Source: an uncultured Gammaproteobacteria bacterium
Lineage (GTDB): Bacteria > Pseudomonadota > Gammaproteobacteria > Steroidobacterales > BM003
Reading direction: 5' to 3'
Assembly: GCA_963783695.1 (NCBI GenBank)
Contig: CAWAOM010000001.1
Location: 481,938-545,937, forward strand
Length of the DNA: 64,000 nt
Shown: in pieces, positions 15,458 to 25,846 of the stretch
Position numbering within the stretch: position 1 is the stretch's first letter
Layout: each line of letters opens with the position of its first letter
The notes under the pieces: model-generated
Seen by the model: only the letters and a program-made list of their open reading frames with translations
Database searches by the model: none
Told to the model about the DNA's origin: nothing
Made by a program: the position numbers and the translations under genes

Positions 15458-15946
15458 CTAAGAGACCCGGAGGCGGGCCGTGCCGGGCGGCTCGTCTACC
15501 AGATCAAGGCTGTCAAGAACGGCGAGCGGGATTCGCTGTCCGGCAAGAAAATCGTCCACGCCGCGCACGACCATCGGGCTGCGGAGCTGCGACTCGCGGT
15601 TGACTAACTGATCGCGCGTCAGCCACATGGCACGCTCGATCCCGTCATCGAGGACGAGGCCGGCGTCATGATCGGAGACGCTGCCCGCGAACGAAAACCG
15701 CAGGAAAGTCGAACCGTTTCGCGGTTGCCGCCAGAGGTAGATGCCGACCAGCGCTTGCGGCTCAAAATGCCAGGCGGTTTCTTCCCGCGTTTCGCGAATA
15801 ACGGCGTCGACCAGGCTCTCGCCGGGTTCGAGATGCCCGGCAGGCTGATTGATTACCAGATCGCCGGCGACTCGTTCCTCCACGAACAGAAACTGACCAT
15901 GGCGTTGCGCAACGGCGGCGACGGTGACGTGAGGTTTCCAGACCAT
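15458..15946 (-). CDS. NUDIX hydrolase (NudJ-like by position)
   Basis: Nudix box GHLEPGESLVDAVIRETREETAW. Lies immediately upstream of mnmA, as nudJ does in E. coli. Confidence 0.85.
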   Translation of the reverse strand: MVWKPHVTVAAVAQRHGQFLFVEERVAGDLVINQPAGHLEPGESLVDAVIRETREETAWHFEPQALVGIYLWRQPRNGSTFLRFSFAGSVSDHDAGLVLDDGIERAMWLTRDQLVNRESQLRSPMVVRGVDDFLAGQRIPLAVLDSLDLVDEPPGTARLRVS

Positions 15947-16095
15947 GGCGGCAGTATAGCCGGGTCTTTAATGGCAATGGTGCGGCGCCCTGAGACGCGC
16001 ATCACAGTTTGCGAAAGAGGTGGCGGATACATTATGTCATCCAAGTAAATCCAAGGCCGCGTCCGCGTTTTTCGCTGCCAGGTCCGGAACAGTCA

Positions 16096-17397
16096 ATGCG
16101 TCGCTTTAGCGCTACAATTCTGCTTGCTTTTTTCGCGCTGGGTGCAAGTGCGGACCCGCGGACATTTGCTGACGCCCGGAGCATGATCGACGATGGCGAT
16201 GCGGCCCAGGCGGTGGATTTGTTGTCTCCTCTGTCGGCGACCTATGGTGGCGATCCCGAGTTCGACTATCTGCTCGGCCTCGCGCTGCTGGAAAGCGGTC
16301 AGCCGGATGCTGCGATTGCGCCGTTGCAACGCGTGATTAATGCCGATCCGATGTTTGCTGGCGCGCGCATGGACCTCGCCCGGTCCTGCTATTTCTCCGG
16401 CCGCTACGATCAGGCACGCGAACATTTTGATATTTTGCTTGGACAGTCTCCGCCTGAGGTCGCGCGGCGTGCGATCGCCGAGTACCAGGCAGCGATGGAT
16501 GACAGGGAATCCACAGCCAAATGGACCCGCGAGGGGATGTTGCGGCCGGTGATCGGCTATGACAGCAACGCCAATGCCGCGACCGCCGCCAATGATTTTC
16601 TCGACTTCACGCTGGACCAGCAGAGCCAGGAGACCGGCAGTGCATTTGCCGAGCTGAACGGGGGTTTCGCGGCGAGTCGATACGTTCGCCGGGGAATGCG
16701 TGCCGGGATCAGATCCGACTTCCAGGCGCGGCATTATCCCGATGCTTCCTTCGTTGATTTTATTGGTGGCAACGTACGGGTTGGGGTGGGCTGGCTCAGC
16801 GAAGGACATAGTCGCGGCATCGGCTTGCGTGCCTATCGCTTGCACGTGGACAACGATTTCAACAATCACGGGCTGTCGCTCGAAGGTACCTGGGATCAGG
16901 CCGTTGGCGAACGCTCCCGGCTGGGCTTTTTCGTTCGCGCCGGCCTGCTGCGCTACGAAGATGATCTTGATACCAAGGACGTCGACCAGGTCCTGGCCGG
17001 GGTCTCCGCCAGTCGCCGGTTCGGCGCGAGCCGGGACAAGCTGATTACCCTGTCTGCGCTGATTGGCAGCGACGACGCAACTCGCTCTGATTCCCGCTAC
17101 GGCCGGACACTTTATGGGGCGCGCGTCAGCGGGAGGTGGCGCATACACCAGCGGATTCTGGCGCGGGCGAGTCTCGGCTTCCAGCGCTCCGATTATGACA
17201 AGCCATTTTTCGAGCTCGAATACGATGACGACCGCTCCGACGACATGCTCGATGCGGAAGCGGGCCTCGCGTGGACCATCGGCGAAGACTGGCAGCTCGA
17301 CTCCGGTCTGCGCTATTCGGACAACGATTCCAACGTCGATCTATACCGCTATGACCGATGGTTGTCTTTTGTCGGCCTGAGCAGGCGCTGGCGATAG
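16096..17397 (+). CDS. TPR-containing outer-membrane beta-barrel protein, DUF560/Slam (type XI secretion)-like
   Basis: Signal peptide MRRFSATILLAFFALGASA. N-terminal TPR-like helices. The C-terminal ~300 aa show an alternating beta-strand pattern ending RYSDNDSNVDLYRYDRWLSFVGLSRRWR. Adjacent to a gene with a TbpB-type barrel. Confidence 0.55.
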   Translation: MRRFSATILLAFFALGASADPRTFADARSMIDDGDAAQAVDLLSPLSATYGGDPEFDYLLGLALLESGQPDAAIAPLQRVINADPMFAGARMDLARSCYFSGRYDQAREHFDILLGQSPPEVARRAIAEYQAAMDDRESTAKWTREGMLRPVIGYDSNANAATAANDFLDFTLDQQSQETGSAFAELNGGFAASRYVRRGMRAGIRSDFQARHYPDASFVDFIGGNVRVGVGWLSEGHSRGIGLRAYRLHVDNDFNNHGLSLEGTWDQAVGERSRLGFFVRAGLLRYEDDLDTKDVDQVLAGVSASRRFGASRDKLITLSALIGSDDATRSDSRYGRTLYGARVSGRWRIHQRILARASLGFQRSDYDKPFFELEYDDDRSDDMLDAEAGLAWTIGEDWQLDSGLRYSDNDSNVDLYRYDRWLSFVGLSRRWR

Positions 17398-17481
17398 CGT
17401 CGCGGCATACCAGGGAGTGTGACGCACGTCACGAATCACCTTGTCGTTTCTGCCTTATTCTTGTTCTCGGCGAAAAAAGAC

Positions 17482-19065
17482 ATGGTCTCCCAGGGGGACA
17501 AAGTGATTCACTCCGTTGCTAATCTGGCGCGACTGCTGTTGCTTGCCACGATGCTTGCAGCACCCGTATCGGCGAACGCCGATGCAGGCGTTGTCAGTTT
17601 CGTCGCAGGGAATGCCTATCGCATCGAAAGTGACGGCAGCCGCAGTCTGGTCAGCAAGGGTATGCCGATTGCGCCGGGTGATCGAATTGCAACCGGGGTC
17701 AACGGGCGTGTCGAGTTACTGATGAGCGACGGTGGCCTGATCGCGTTGCGTCCGGACAGCGAGTTTATCGTCGAGTCGTTCAGTTATTCCGCGCCGCAGG
17801 CTGCAACGCCGCGAAGCTCAGCCGCGCCTGCTGGCGACAAGAGTTTCTTTTCGCTGATCAAAGGTGGATTGCGCTCGGTAACCGGTGCGGTCGGGGAATC
17901 CAACAAAGAGGCCTACCGGATGAATACGCCGGTGGCAACGATAGGCATTCGCGGCACCGATTACATCGCGCTTTACTGCTCCGCCATTTGTGGCAGCAAT
18001 AATCAGCTTGCGAGTGGCCTTCATGTCATCGTCTTGAGCGGTGCGATAGAGATGGCCAATGACGCTGGCAAGCATCTCTTGGGCCCGGGTGAAACCGGGT
18101 TTGTCGAAGACAGCGGGTCGGCGCCGGAGGCGGGTGTCCGTCCATCCGTTTTGTTAACCGAATTCAGCGAGCTGTTGCCACCCGCTGAATATCGCGACCT
18201 GGTATCGGAGCCGGAGATCGGCAGCCTGCCCGTGCCGGTAACTGCCGTGCCCGAAGAGAATGCGGAGGACGCGGAAAGCGGGCGCACCATGGTTGCATTT
18301 GTAGCGACCCGGGAGGAGGACGATCGCGTGCCGATGGTTGTGGCGGGTCCCGGTGCAGGGTCGGCGAACGCGGCAGGCGGCGAAGCAGCAGACACGCTGA
18401 CACAGGTTTTGCGCGGCGCCACGACTATCGCACCGAAGGATGCGCCTGCGGCTGCCGAGGACGGCGGCGATAACCTGCATGATGCGGTTGAGCTCGGCGA
18501 TGCCGTCATTGGTCCCAACGGTACAGTGATTGATTTGACGAGCGGCAGCGCCGAGCTTCCCGACATGCTGATTGCCGATGGCGGGAGCGACGCAGACGGC
18601 GGTAGCGGCCCCGCTCAAGGTTCCGGTGATGATTCCGGTGAAGGTTCCGGTGAAGGTTCCGGTGAAGGTTCCGGTGAAGGTTCCGGTGAAGGTTCCGGTG
18701 AAGGTTCCGGTGAAGGTTCCGGTGAAGGTTCCGGTGAAGGTTCCGGTGAAGGTTCCGGTGAAGGTTCCGGTGAAGGTTCCGGTGAAGGTTCCGGTGAAGG
18801 TTCCGGTGAAGGTTCCGGTGAAGGTTCCGGTGATGGTTCCGGTGATGGTTCCGGTGATGGTTCCGGTGATGGTTCCGGTGATGGTTCCGGTGATGGTTCC
18901 GGTGATGGTTCCGGTGATGGTTCCGGTGATGGTTCCGGTGATGGTTCCGGTGATGGTTCCGGTGATGGTTCCGGTGATGGTTCCGGTGATGGGTCCGGTG
19001 ATGGTTCCGGTGATGGGTCCGGTGATGGGTCCGGTGATGGGTCCGGTGATGACGGGTTCCGGTGA
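17482..19065 (+). CDS. FecR-domain secreted protein; N-terminal segment of a frameshifted Slam-cargo-like gene
   Basis: Type-I signal peptide ([16 protein letters not shown], no lipobox Cys). FecR-type motifs [30 protein letters not shown] and [13 protein letters not shown]. Then (GEGS)16(GDGS)18, ending GDDGFR-stop. Alternative start is GTG at 17503, preceded by AGGGGGA. Confidence 0.7.
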   Translation: MVSQGDKVIHSVANLARLLLLATMLAAPVSANADAGVVSFVAGNAYRIESDGSRSLVSKGMPIAPGDRIATGVNGRVELLMSDGGLIALRPDSEFIVESFSYSAPQAATPRSSAAPAGDKSFFSLIKGGLRSVTGAVGESNKEAYRMNTPVATIGIRGTDYIALYCSAICGSNNQLASGLHVIVLSGAIEMANDAGKHLLGPGETGFVEDSGSAPEAGVRPSVLLTEFSELLPPAEYRDLVSEPEIGSLPVPVTAVPEENAEDAESGRTMVAFVATREEDDRVPMVVAGPGAGSANAAGGEAADTLTQVLRGATTIAPKDAPAAAEDGGDNLHDAVELGDAVIGPNGTVIDLTSGSAELPDMLIADGGSDADGGSGPAQGSGDDSGEGSGEGSGEGSGEGSGEGSGEGSGEGSGEGSGEGSGEGSGEGSGEGSGEGSGEGSGEGSGEGSGDGSGDGSGDGSGDGSGDGSGDGSGDGSGDGSGDGSGDGSGDGSGDGSGDGSGDGSGDGSGDGSGDGSGDGSGDDGFR

Positions 19066-19222
19066 TGGGTCAGACGACGGGTCAGACGACGGGTCAGACG
19101 ACGGGTCAGACGACGGGTCAGACGACGGGTCAGACGACGGGTCAGACGACGGGTCAGACGACGGGTCAGACGACGGGTCAGACGACGGGTCAGACGACGG
19201 GTCAGACGACGGGTCAGACGAC
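18637..19222 (+). repeat. Three consecutive blocks of 12-bp tandem repeats inside a coding region
   Basis: 16 x ggtgaaggttcc (18637-18828, identical). 18 x ggtgatggttcc/ggtgatgggtcc (18829-19044). One aberrant 16-nt unit ggtgatgacgggttcc. 13 x gggtcagacgac (19067-19222, identical). Confidence 0.98.
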
Positions 19223-20092
19223 GGTTTCGGTGGCGACGATGGCGGTGACATCGGTCCCGGAGACGATGGCCCCGACGACGATGACGCGGGTAACGGCAAC
19301 GATAATCTGACGGTGATTGCGCTTGCTTATTCGGGTGGCGGCTACTTCGAGCGCGAAAACCGCAATGGCAACGACGCGGCAATGATCGGCAATATCCCGC
19401 TTTCCCTCGTCTTCGACGATGCCAGGGTAGTGGCGGACGGCGACGGCGGGCTTACGCAGATCCGCATTCGCGAATCCCGATACGACGGCGCCGGGTCGGT
19501 TTACCTTGTCCGTCAGAATGCGCGCAACGTCGACACCGGCCGCGATGACGCGACCGGGATTCGCTGGGGGCGTTGGGCGGATGGCAATATCGGCGTCAGA
19601 TCGCATGGTGGCAGAGGCAGCCACTTGCAGTTGGGTGACGGCGGGTTGCACTGGATACTGGCAGACGGACCGCGACCGCAATTACCGTCGTCGGGAACCC
19701 GTGAATTTGCGCTGGTCGGGGGCACCGCGCCGACCGACAATCACGGTAATGCCGGGGTTCTGGGTGGTGCATCGCTGACCGCCGACTTCACGTCGCAAAC
19801 GGTCGACGCCGCTATTGAGCTCAACATACCCGCAACGGGAACCGAGTGGGCGGCCGAGGCGGCCGGGCTGGATATTAACGTTCCGGCAGCCACTTTTTCT
19901 GGTGAGTTCGATACCGTTACGATCACCGGCAGCGACGGCCTGAATCACGATGGAGTCGGCAATCTCGATGGGTTTTTCAGTGGCGGCGAGGATGGCGGGC
20001 TGGGTGGCGCAGCGTTCGGTTTCTCGCTGAGCGATGGCGATGACACGAGCGTATCGGGTACCGCTGCATTCGAGGTTCAGCCCGATCCCTGA
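19055..20092 (+). CDS. C-terminal segment (+1 frame) of the same gene: acidic GSDD repeats plus a TbpB-like handle/beta-barrel domain
   Basis: Reads (GSDD)13 and a D/G-rich tail. It then continues WGRWADG...LHWI...[46 protein letters not shown]...FSGEF...[24 protein letters not shown]...GTAAFEV, which matches the motif order of TbpB/haemophilin-type barrels. There is no start codon or signal peptide of its own at a sensible place. Confidence 0.6.
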   Translation, partial: GSGDGSDDGSDDGSDDGSDDGSDDGSDDGSDDGSDDGSDDGSDDGSDDGSDDGSDDGFGGDDGGDIGPGDDGPDDDDAGNGNDNLTVIALAYSGGGYFERENRNGNDAAMIGNIPLSLVFDDARVVADGDGGLTQIRIRESRYDGAGSVYLVRQNARNVDTGRDDATGIRWGRWADGNIGVRSHGGRGSHLQLGDGGLHWILADGPRPQLPSSGTREFALVGGTAPTDNHGNAGVLGGASLTADFTSQTVDAAIELNIPATGTEWAAEAAGLDINVPAATFSGEFDTVTITGSDGLNHDGVGNLDGFFSGGEDGGLGGAAFGFSLSDGDDTSVSGTAAFEVQPDP

Positions 20093-20122
20093 TTCACCGC
20101 GGGGCAGCGCTGTTTCCGCGGG

Positions 20123-20629
20123 TCAAAGATGCAGCCGCCGGAATTCCGGTTCTGCATAACTCGCGTGCCAGATATGATCGAATTCCTCGAGATATTTGCG
20201 CGCAACGGCGCGGTTTGAACTGTCGCATATGCCGTGCATCCGGCGGGCGTCGGCACGATAGACTACGCCTTTGTCATCGGCAACCAGGTACGCTTCGCCG
20301 TGTTGGTCGCGATAGTCCTTGTGGACATTGCGAAACTCGACATAGCTGCTGAGCCTTCGACCGAGTCCCACCAGTCGGTTGCCATCACGGATGGCGCGAT
20401 AAGGATCCGCCAGCAGCACCCGAACCCGGGCGAAACTTCGAGCCAGTATCAGCCGCTTGATGATCTCGATGAACTGGTCGTCGTCGTAGGCGAACGGTTC
20501 GAGGTCCTGGGTGAAAATGGCAACGGACCGTTGCGCGCTGGCGGTGATTTCCAGAATGGCGTCGCGGATCTCGGCAGTACTGGTCAGGACTTTTCTGGTC
20601 TCGGACCGAGTTTCTTCCTGGTTGCTCAT
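20123..20629 (-). CDS. Conserved hypothetical protein (168 aa)
   Basis: Intact ORF whose ATG overlaps the GNAT stop (ATGA). No motif I can name. Confidence 0.6.
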   Translation of the reverse strand: MSNQEETRSETRKVLTSTAEIRDAILEITASAQRSVAIFTQDLEPFAYDDDQFIEIIKRLILARSFARVRVLLADPYRAIRDGNRLVGLGRRLSSYVEFRNVHKDYRDQHGEAYLVADDKGVVYRADARRMHGICDSSNRAVARKYLEEFDHIWHASYAEPEFRRLHL

Positions 20630-21069
20630 GGTTTCAGTCGTAGCCTCATGCGTACATGCGGAATGTTGGCTTCGAGAAATTGCTCTCCCTCTGCCCCGAA
20701 CCCGTGTCGCGTGTAAAAAGGTACTGCATGGGTCTGCGCATTTAGGTAGACCTCTTGTAATTGGCGGTCTTTCGCCGCTTCGATCAGGGATTGCATGATC
20801 AGCGAGCCGACACCTGTCCCGCGATAGGCTTTGAGCACGGCCATTCGCCCGATCTTACCCGTTATGTCTAATCGGCCAGTGCCAACTGCGTCACATTTTT
20901 GAGTCTCGGCAAGCACGTGCAAGCAGCTTTGGTCGGCTTCGTCCCATTCTTCGCCGGGATCGACGCTCTGCTCAACCACGAAAACAGTGTCACGAACATG
21001 ACGGATGGCGCCGAGGTCGCGCTGCCAGTCTGCCACCCGAATACTGACTTGATAAGTTTTGCTGCTCAT
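20626..21069 (-). CDS. GNAT family N-acetyltransferase
   Basis: Acetyl-CoA-binding motif AYRGTGVGSLIM (R/QxxGxG) and typical ~147-aa length. ATGA overlap with the upstream gene. Confidence 0.85.
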   Translation of the reverse strand: MSSKTYQVSIRVADWQRDLGAIRHVRDTVFVVEQSVDPGEEWDEADQSCLHVLAETQKCDAVGTGRLDITGKIGRMAVLKAYRGTGVGSLIMQSLIEAAKDRQLQEVYLNAQTHAVPFYTRHGFGAEGEQFLEANIPHVRMRLRLKP

Positions 21070-22241
21070 TCGTCCTCGAAAACCAGTTTGCCCATGCTCA
21101 ACAGATGGAGGATCAACTCATTGGCCAGCATATCTTCGAGCCATGGCCGCAACTCCGAAGCCTCAAGTCTGCCGTGATCGGAGCAGAACCTCAAAAGCAG
21201 TGGCTTCAATTGGTCGGTCAGGTGCATATGTTCCCCGTCGACGAAAAAATCCAGCGCAGTGCCAGACTCGCACCATGCCATCAGAGCAAAAGGATGTCTT
21301 TTGACACCGATTCCGGCCTCCGCGCGTTGCACCAGTTCGGCAGCTCCGGGAACCTGCTCGCGCGGTTCCGCGGTGAGCCAGTTTTTGGGCTCCGTGACAA
21401 GGGTGCCGAAACAAACTGCGAGTTCGGCGTCGCTGAGAGCGTTGCAGCGCCGCAGCAGTGAGCGCACACGTCCCAGTGAGGCTGCAGAAATCAGTCCAGG
21501 AACGCTCTCGTCCTCGACAAGATCAGGGTCGCAATAACGGGGCAGCGTTTCGGTTTTGGCCGCAAGGGCTTCGGCTACCGAATGCAGCAACTCGTCGGCG
21601 CCGGGAGCGCGCAGCCCTACTGACAGCGTGATGCAGGGAGACTCATCCGCGAGCGCAGTGCCCCAGTGCGGCAGCCCGGGGGGCAGATACAGCACGTCGC
21701 CGCACCCGACTTCCCAGGTTTCCGTCGCCTGGAAATTGTCGATCTGGCGCAGTCCTTCAGTGTCGGATAGCGCGGCCGGTTCGCCTCTTCCATCCACCTG
21801 CCAGCGGCGGCGGCCGCTGAGCTGGACGAGGAATACGTCATAGTTGTCCAGATGGGGTCCGACCCCGCCGCCGGGTGTTGCCAGGCTGATCATCAGGTCT
21901 TCGATGCGCCACCGTGGCAGAAAGCTGAAAGGAACGAGGAGATTCTGCAGTTCGGGAAAGTGCTTCTCAATGTCCTGCACGAGGACAGTCCATGCAAGTC
22001 CGTCAAGACGCGAAATATCCCCGCCCTCGAATGGACCGGGACGCATGTGCCAGCGCCCGTCGTCGACCCAGGCGAGGCGAGCCTCCATGTCGGGGTCGCA
22101 GGCGAGGCCTACTATCTGTTCGGCGCTGAACGGGCTGCGTATATCCGGCAAGGCCTCACGCAATAACCGATGCCGTTTCTGCCAGTAACGGTCGAGAAAG
22201 CCTGAAGTCGTCAGCGCCTCAGGCCATCGCAGCGAAGCCAT
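21066..22241 (-). CDS. roxA: JmjC/cupin ribosomal oxygenase (RoxA/YcfD-like, L16 arginine hydroxylase family)
   Basis: Colinear with E. coli YcfD as recalled: FLDRYWQKR, WRIEDLMISLATPGGGVGPHLDNYDVFLVQLSGRRRWQV (HxD iron motif), DVLYLPPGLPHWG. The ATG lies 3 nt after the purB stop. Confidence 0.85.
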   Translation of the reverse strand: MASLRWPEALTTSGFLDRYWQKRHRLLREALPDIRSPFSAEQIVGLACDPDMEARLAWVDDGRWHMRPGPFEGGDISRLDGLAWTVLVQDIEKHFPELQNLLVPFSFLPRWRIEDLMISLATPGGGVGPHLDNYDVFLVQLSGRRRWQVDGRGEPAALSDTEGLRQIDNFQATETWEVGCGDVLYLPPGLPHWGTALADESPCITLSVGLRAPGADELLHSVAEALAAKTETLPRYCDPDLVEDESVPGLISAASLGRVRSLLRRCNALSDAELAVCFGTLVTEPKNWLTAEPREQVPGAAELVQRAEAGIGVKRHPFALMAWCESGTALDFFVDGEHMHLTDQLKPLLLRFCSDHGRLEASELRPWLEDMLANELILHLLSMGKLVFEDE

Positions 22242-22244
22242 GAG

Positions 22245-23624
<1,380 letters not shown>

Positions 23625-23763
23625 CTATCTGAATGCTAGGATCGCGAATCATAACCCAAACGTCCGGGATCGAGGGCGTTGCCCGGGGACGCACCTGGCG
23701 GGTTTGTCCCTGCGGCAACCGCGTATTCGGGTGCGTTTGTCGAGGCGCCAGCGGGAGGCACAC

Positions 23764-25146
23764 ATGTCAGACGCGGAATACAGGATTGAGAAAGACAGTC
23801 TCGGCGTCGTGCAAGTCCCGCAGTCGGCGGGCTGGGGTCCGCAGACCCAGCGCGCGGTAGAAAATTTTCGTCTGAGCGGCATGGCGATGCCACGCCAATT
23901 TATCCGCGCCCTGGGGCTGGTCAAGTGGGCGGCGGCGCGCAGTAATGAATCGCTCGGTTTGCTCGATCAACGAATTGCCGGCGCCGTCGGGGATGCCGCG
24001 ATGCGAGTCGCACGTGGCGAACTCGATACACAGTTCCCGGTAGACATCTTTCAGACTGGCTCCGGGACCAGTTCAAACATGAATGCCAACGAGGTGATCG
24101 CGCGCCTCGCGGCTATCAGCTCGGGCCGGGAGATTCATCCGAACGATCACGTCAACATGTGTCAAAGCAGCAACGACGTGATTCCGACCGTGATACATGT
24201 CGCCGCGATGCTTTCGTGGCAAGAGTGTCTTGAACCGGCACTGGAGCGGCTGTCCGCGGCGCTGGCCGAACGCGAAACCCAATGCGCCGAAATCGTGAAA
24301 ACAGGACGCACGCATTTGATGGATGCGATGCCTTTGACGCTGGGCCAGGAGATATCGGCGTGGCGCAGCCAGGTTGAAGCGTGCTCGGCACGTCTGCGGG
24401 ATTGCCTGCCACGCCTGCGTCAGCTCGCGCTGGGCGCGACGGCGGTGGGAACCGGCGTAAATGCCCATCCGCGCTTTGCCGCCACGGCGGTTGCGTTGAT
24501 AGCGCGAGAGACCGCCATCGAGTTTCGGGTCGGCGACAACGCCTTTGCCAGTCTGGCCGCGCCGGACACGGCGGTCGAATTGTCGGGACACCTGCGAACT
24601 CTGGCCGTTGCGCTGACAAAGCTCTGCAACGACTTGCGCTGGATGAGCAGCGGTCCGCTGACCGGGTTGGCGGAACTCGCATTGCCGGCACTGCAACCCG
24701 GAAGCAGCATCATGCCGGGCAAGGTGAATCCCGTCGTTCCCGAGGCAGTGGCGATGGCGTGTGCCCAGGTCATCGGCAATGACGTCACCGTCACGGTGGC
24801 CGGTCAGTCGGGAAATTTTCAGCTCAACGTCATGCTCCCGGTGATCGCGGCCAATCTCGACCAAAGCCTGCGCTTGCTCGGCAACGGCTGTGATGCGCTG
24901 GCCGCGAAAGTCATCGCCGGATTCGTTCCGGACGAGGCGCGCATCAGCGGTCAGGTGGCGCGAAACCCGGTACTGGCGACGGCCCTGAACCCGCTGATCG
25001 GCTACGACCGGGCGGCGGAGATTGCGAAACGCGCCTATCGTGAGAAACGACCGGTTTACGATGTGGCGCGCGAAATGACCGACATCGGCGACGACGAGCT
25101 GCGGCGTCTGCTTGATCCGCTGCGGATGACACGGAATGACGTCTAG
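23764..25146 (+). CDS. fumC: Class II fumarate hydratase
   Basis: WGPQTQRAVENF, QTGSGTSSNMNANEV, and signature GSSIMPGKVNP. The QTGSGT and N-terminal pattern favour FumC over AspA. ATG at 23764. Confidence 0.85.
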   Translation: MSDAEYRIEKDSLGVVQVPQSAGWGPQTQRAVENFRLSGMAMPRQFIRALGLVKWAAARSNESLGLLDQRIAGAVGDAAMRVARGELDTQFPVDIFQTGSGTSSNMNANEVIARLAAISSGREIHPNDHVNMCQSSNDVIPTVIHVAAMLSWQECLEPALERLSAALAERETQCAEIVKTGRTHLMDAMPLTLGQEISAWRSQVEACSARLRDCLPRLRQLALGATAVGTGVNAHPRFAATAVALIARETAIEFRVGDNAFASLAAPDTAVELSGHLRTLAVALTKLCNDLRWMSSGPLTGLAELALPALQPGSSIMPGKVNPVVPEAVAMACAQVIGNDVTVTVAGQSGNFQLNVMLPVIAANLDQSLRLLGNGCDALAAKVIAGFVPDEARISGQVARNPVLATALNPLIGYDRAAEIAKRAYREKRPVYDVAREMTDIGDDELRRLLDPLRMTRNDV

Positions 25147-25224
25147 ACTGCTCTGCGGGCAACAATGGCGTTCTCGTCTCGGGTCAGTTCATGAGGCATC
25201 GTAAATAACTGATGGAACAATATC

Positions 25225-25842
25225 TTGAGAATAATTATTGAGCAGAAACTTCAAGATACGGCACCGCCTGAGGATCCCTGTTCGGTCGTCCCGTTCAATA
25301 CCCCGGGCGACCTCCCGGGCATCCTGCGTCTTCTCGGCCGTCGCCGTCTGACGCCGGCTGCAGTGCTGGTTCCGATCGTCGAGCGCCCCGCAGGGCTTAC
25401 CGTGCTTCTGACCCAGCGCGCCGAGACGCTGAAACACCATCCGGGTCAGATCAGCTTTCCGGGCGGGCGCATCGAGACAAGCGACGCGGACCCGGCGGCC
25501 GCGGCCAAGCGTGAGGCTTTCGAGGAAATCGGGCTCGATCCCGGCTTTGTCGAAGTCCGGGGTTACCTCGACAATTACCTGACGATTACCGGCTATACCG
25601 TGACCCCGGTCGTGGCCTTCGTCCGTCCCGGGTTTGCGGCGCAACCGGACCAGGTGGAGGTCACCGAGGCGTTCGAAGTTCCGCTGGAATTCCTGATGGA
25701 CCCGGTCAACCACGTGCGCAGGCAACGAACCGTTTTCGATCGCGCAGTTGCGGTTTACGAGATTCGTTACGGTGATCGGAATATCTGGGGCGCGACTGCG
25801 GGTATGTTGATTAATATGTATGAAAAGATATTTAAAACATAA
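25225..25842 (+). CDS. CoA pyrophosphatase (NudL-type NUDIX hydrolase)
   Basis: LLTQRAETLKHHPGQISFPGG CoA-pyrophosphatase signature followed by Nudix box REAFEEIGL. TTG start at 25225 is uncertain. Confidence 0.8.
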   Translation: MRIIIEQKLQDTAPPEDPCSVVPFNTPGDLPGILRLLGRRRLTPAAVLVPIVERPAGLTVLLTQRAETLKHHPGQISFPGGRIETSDADPAAAAKREAFEEIGLDPGFVEVRGYLDNYLTITGYTVTPVVAFVRPGFAAQPDQVEVTEAFEVPLEFLMDPVNHVRRQRTVFDRAVAVYEIRYGDRNIWGATAGMLINMYEKIFKT

Positions 25843-25846
25843 TTTT

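Noticed and set aside
19057-19066. Programmed +1 ribosomal frameshift at cgg-tga in the repeat gene
   Set aside because: Not adopted as the primary explanation. There is no prfB-like slippery P-site codon (CGG to GGU re-pairing is poor) and no upstream internal Shine-Dalgarno sequence. A one-base indel in a repeat is the simpler explanation. It is kept as an alternative in the finding.
18637-19222. Possible CRISPR array
   Set aside because: The units are 12 bp and directly abutting, with no unique spacers. They lie inside a coding frame, and no cas genes are present.
18154-19382. Long ORFs reading the tandem repeats in other frames or on the other strand (381-aa TGT/PSSD-repeat ORF, 255-aa [19 protein letters not shown] portion of 18572-20092, 82-aa TTGQ ORF)
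   Set aside because: They are open only because a 12-bp perfect repeat contains no stop codon in those frames. They lack starts with ribosome-binding sites and any non-repeat domain. The [12 protein letters not shown] frame is the one that connects real domains.
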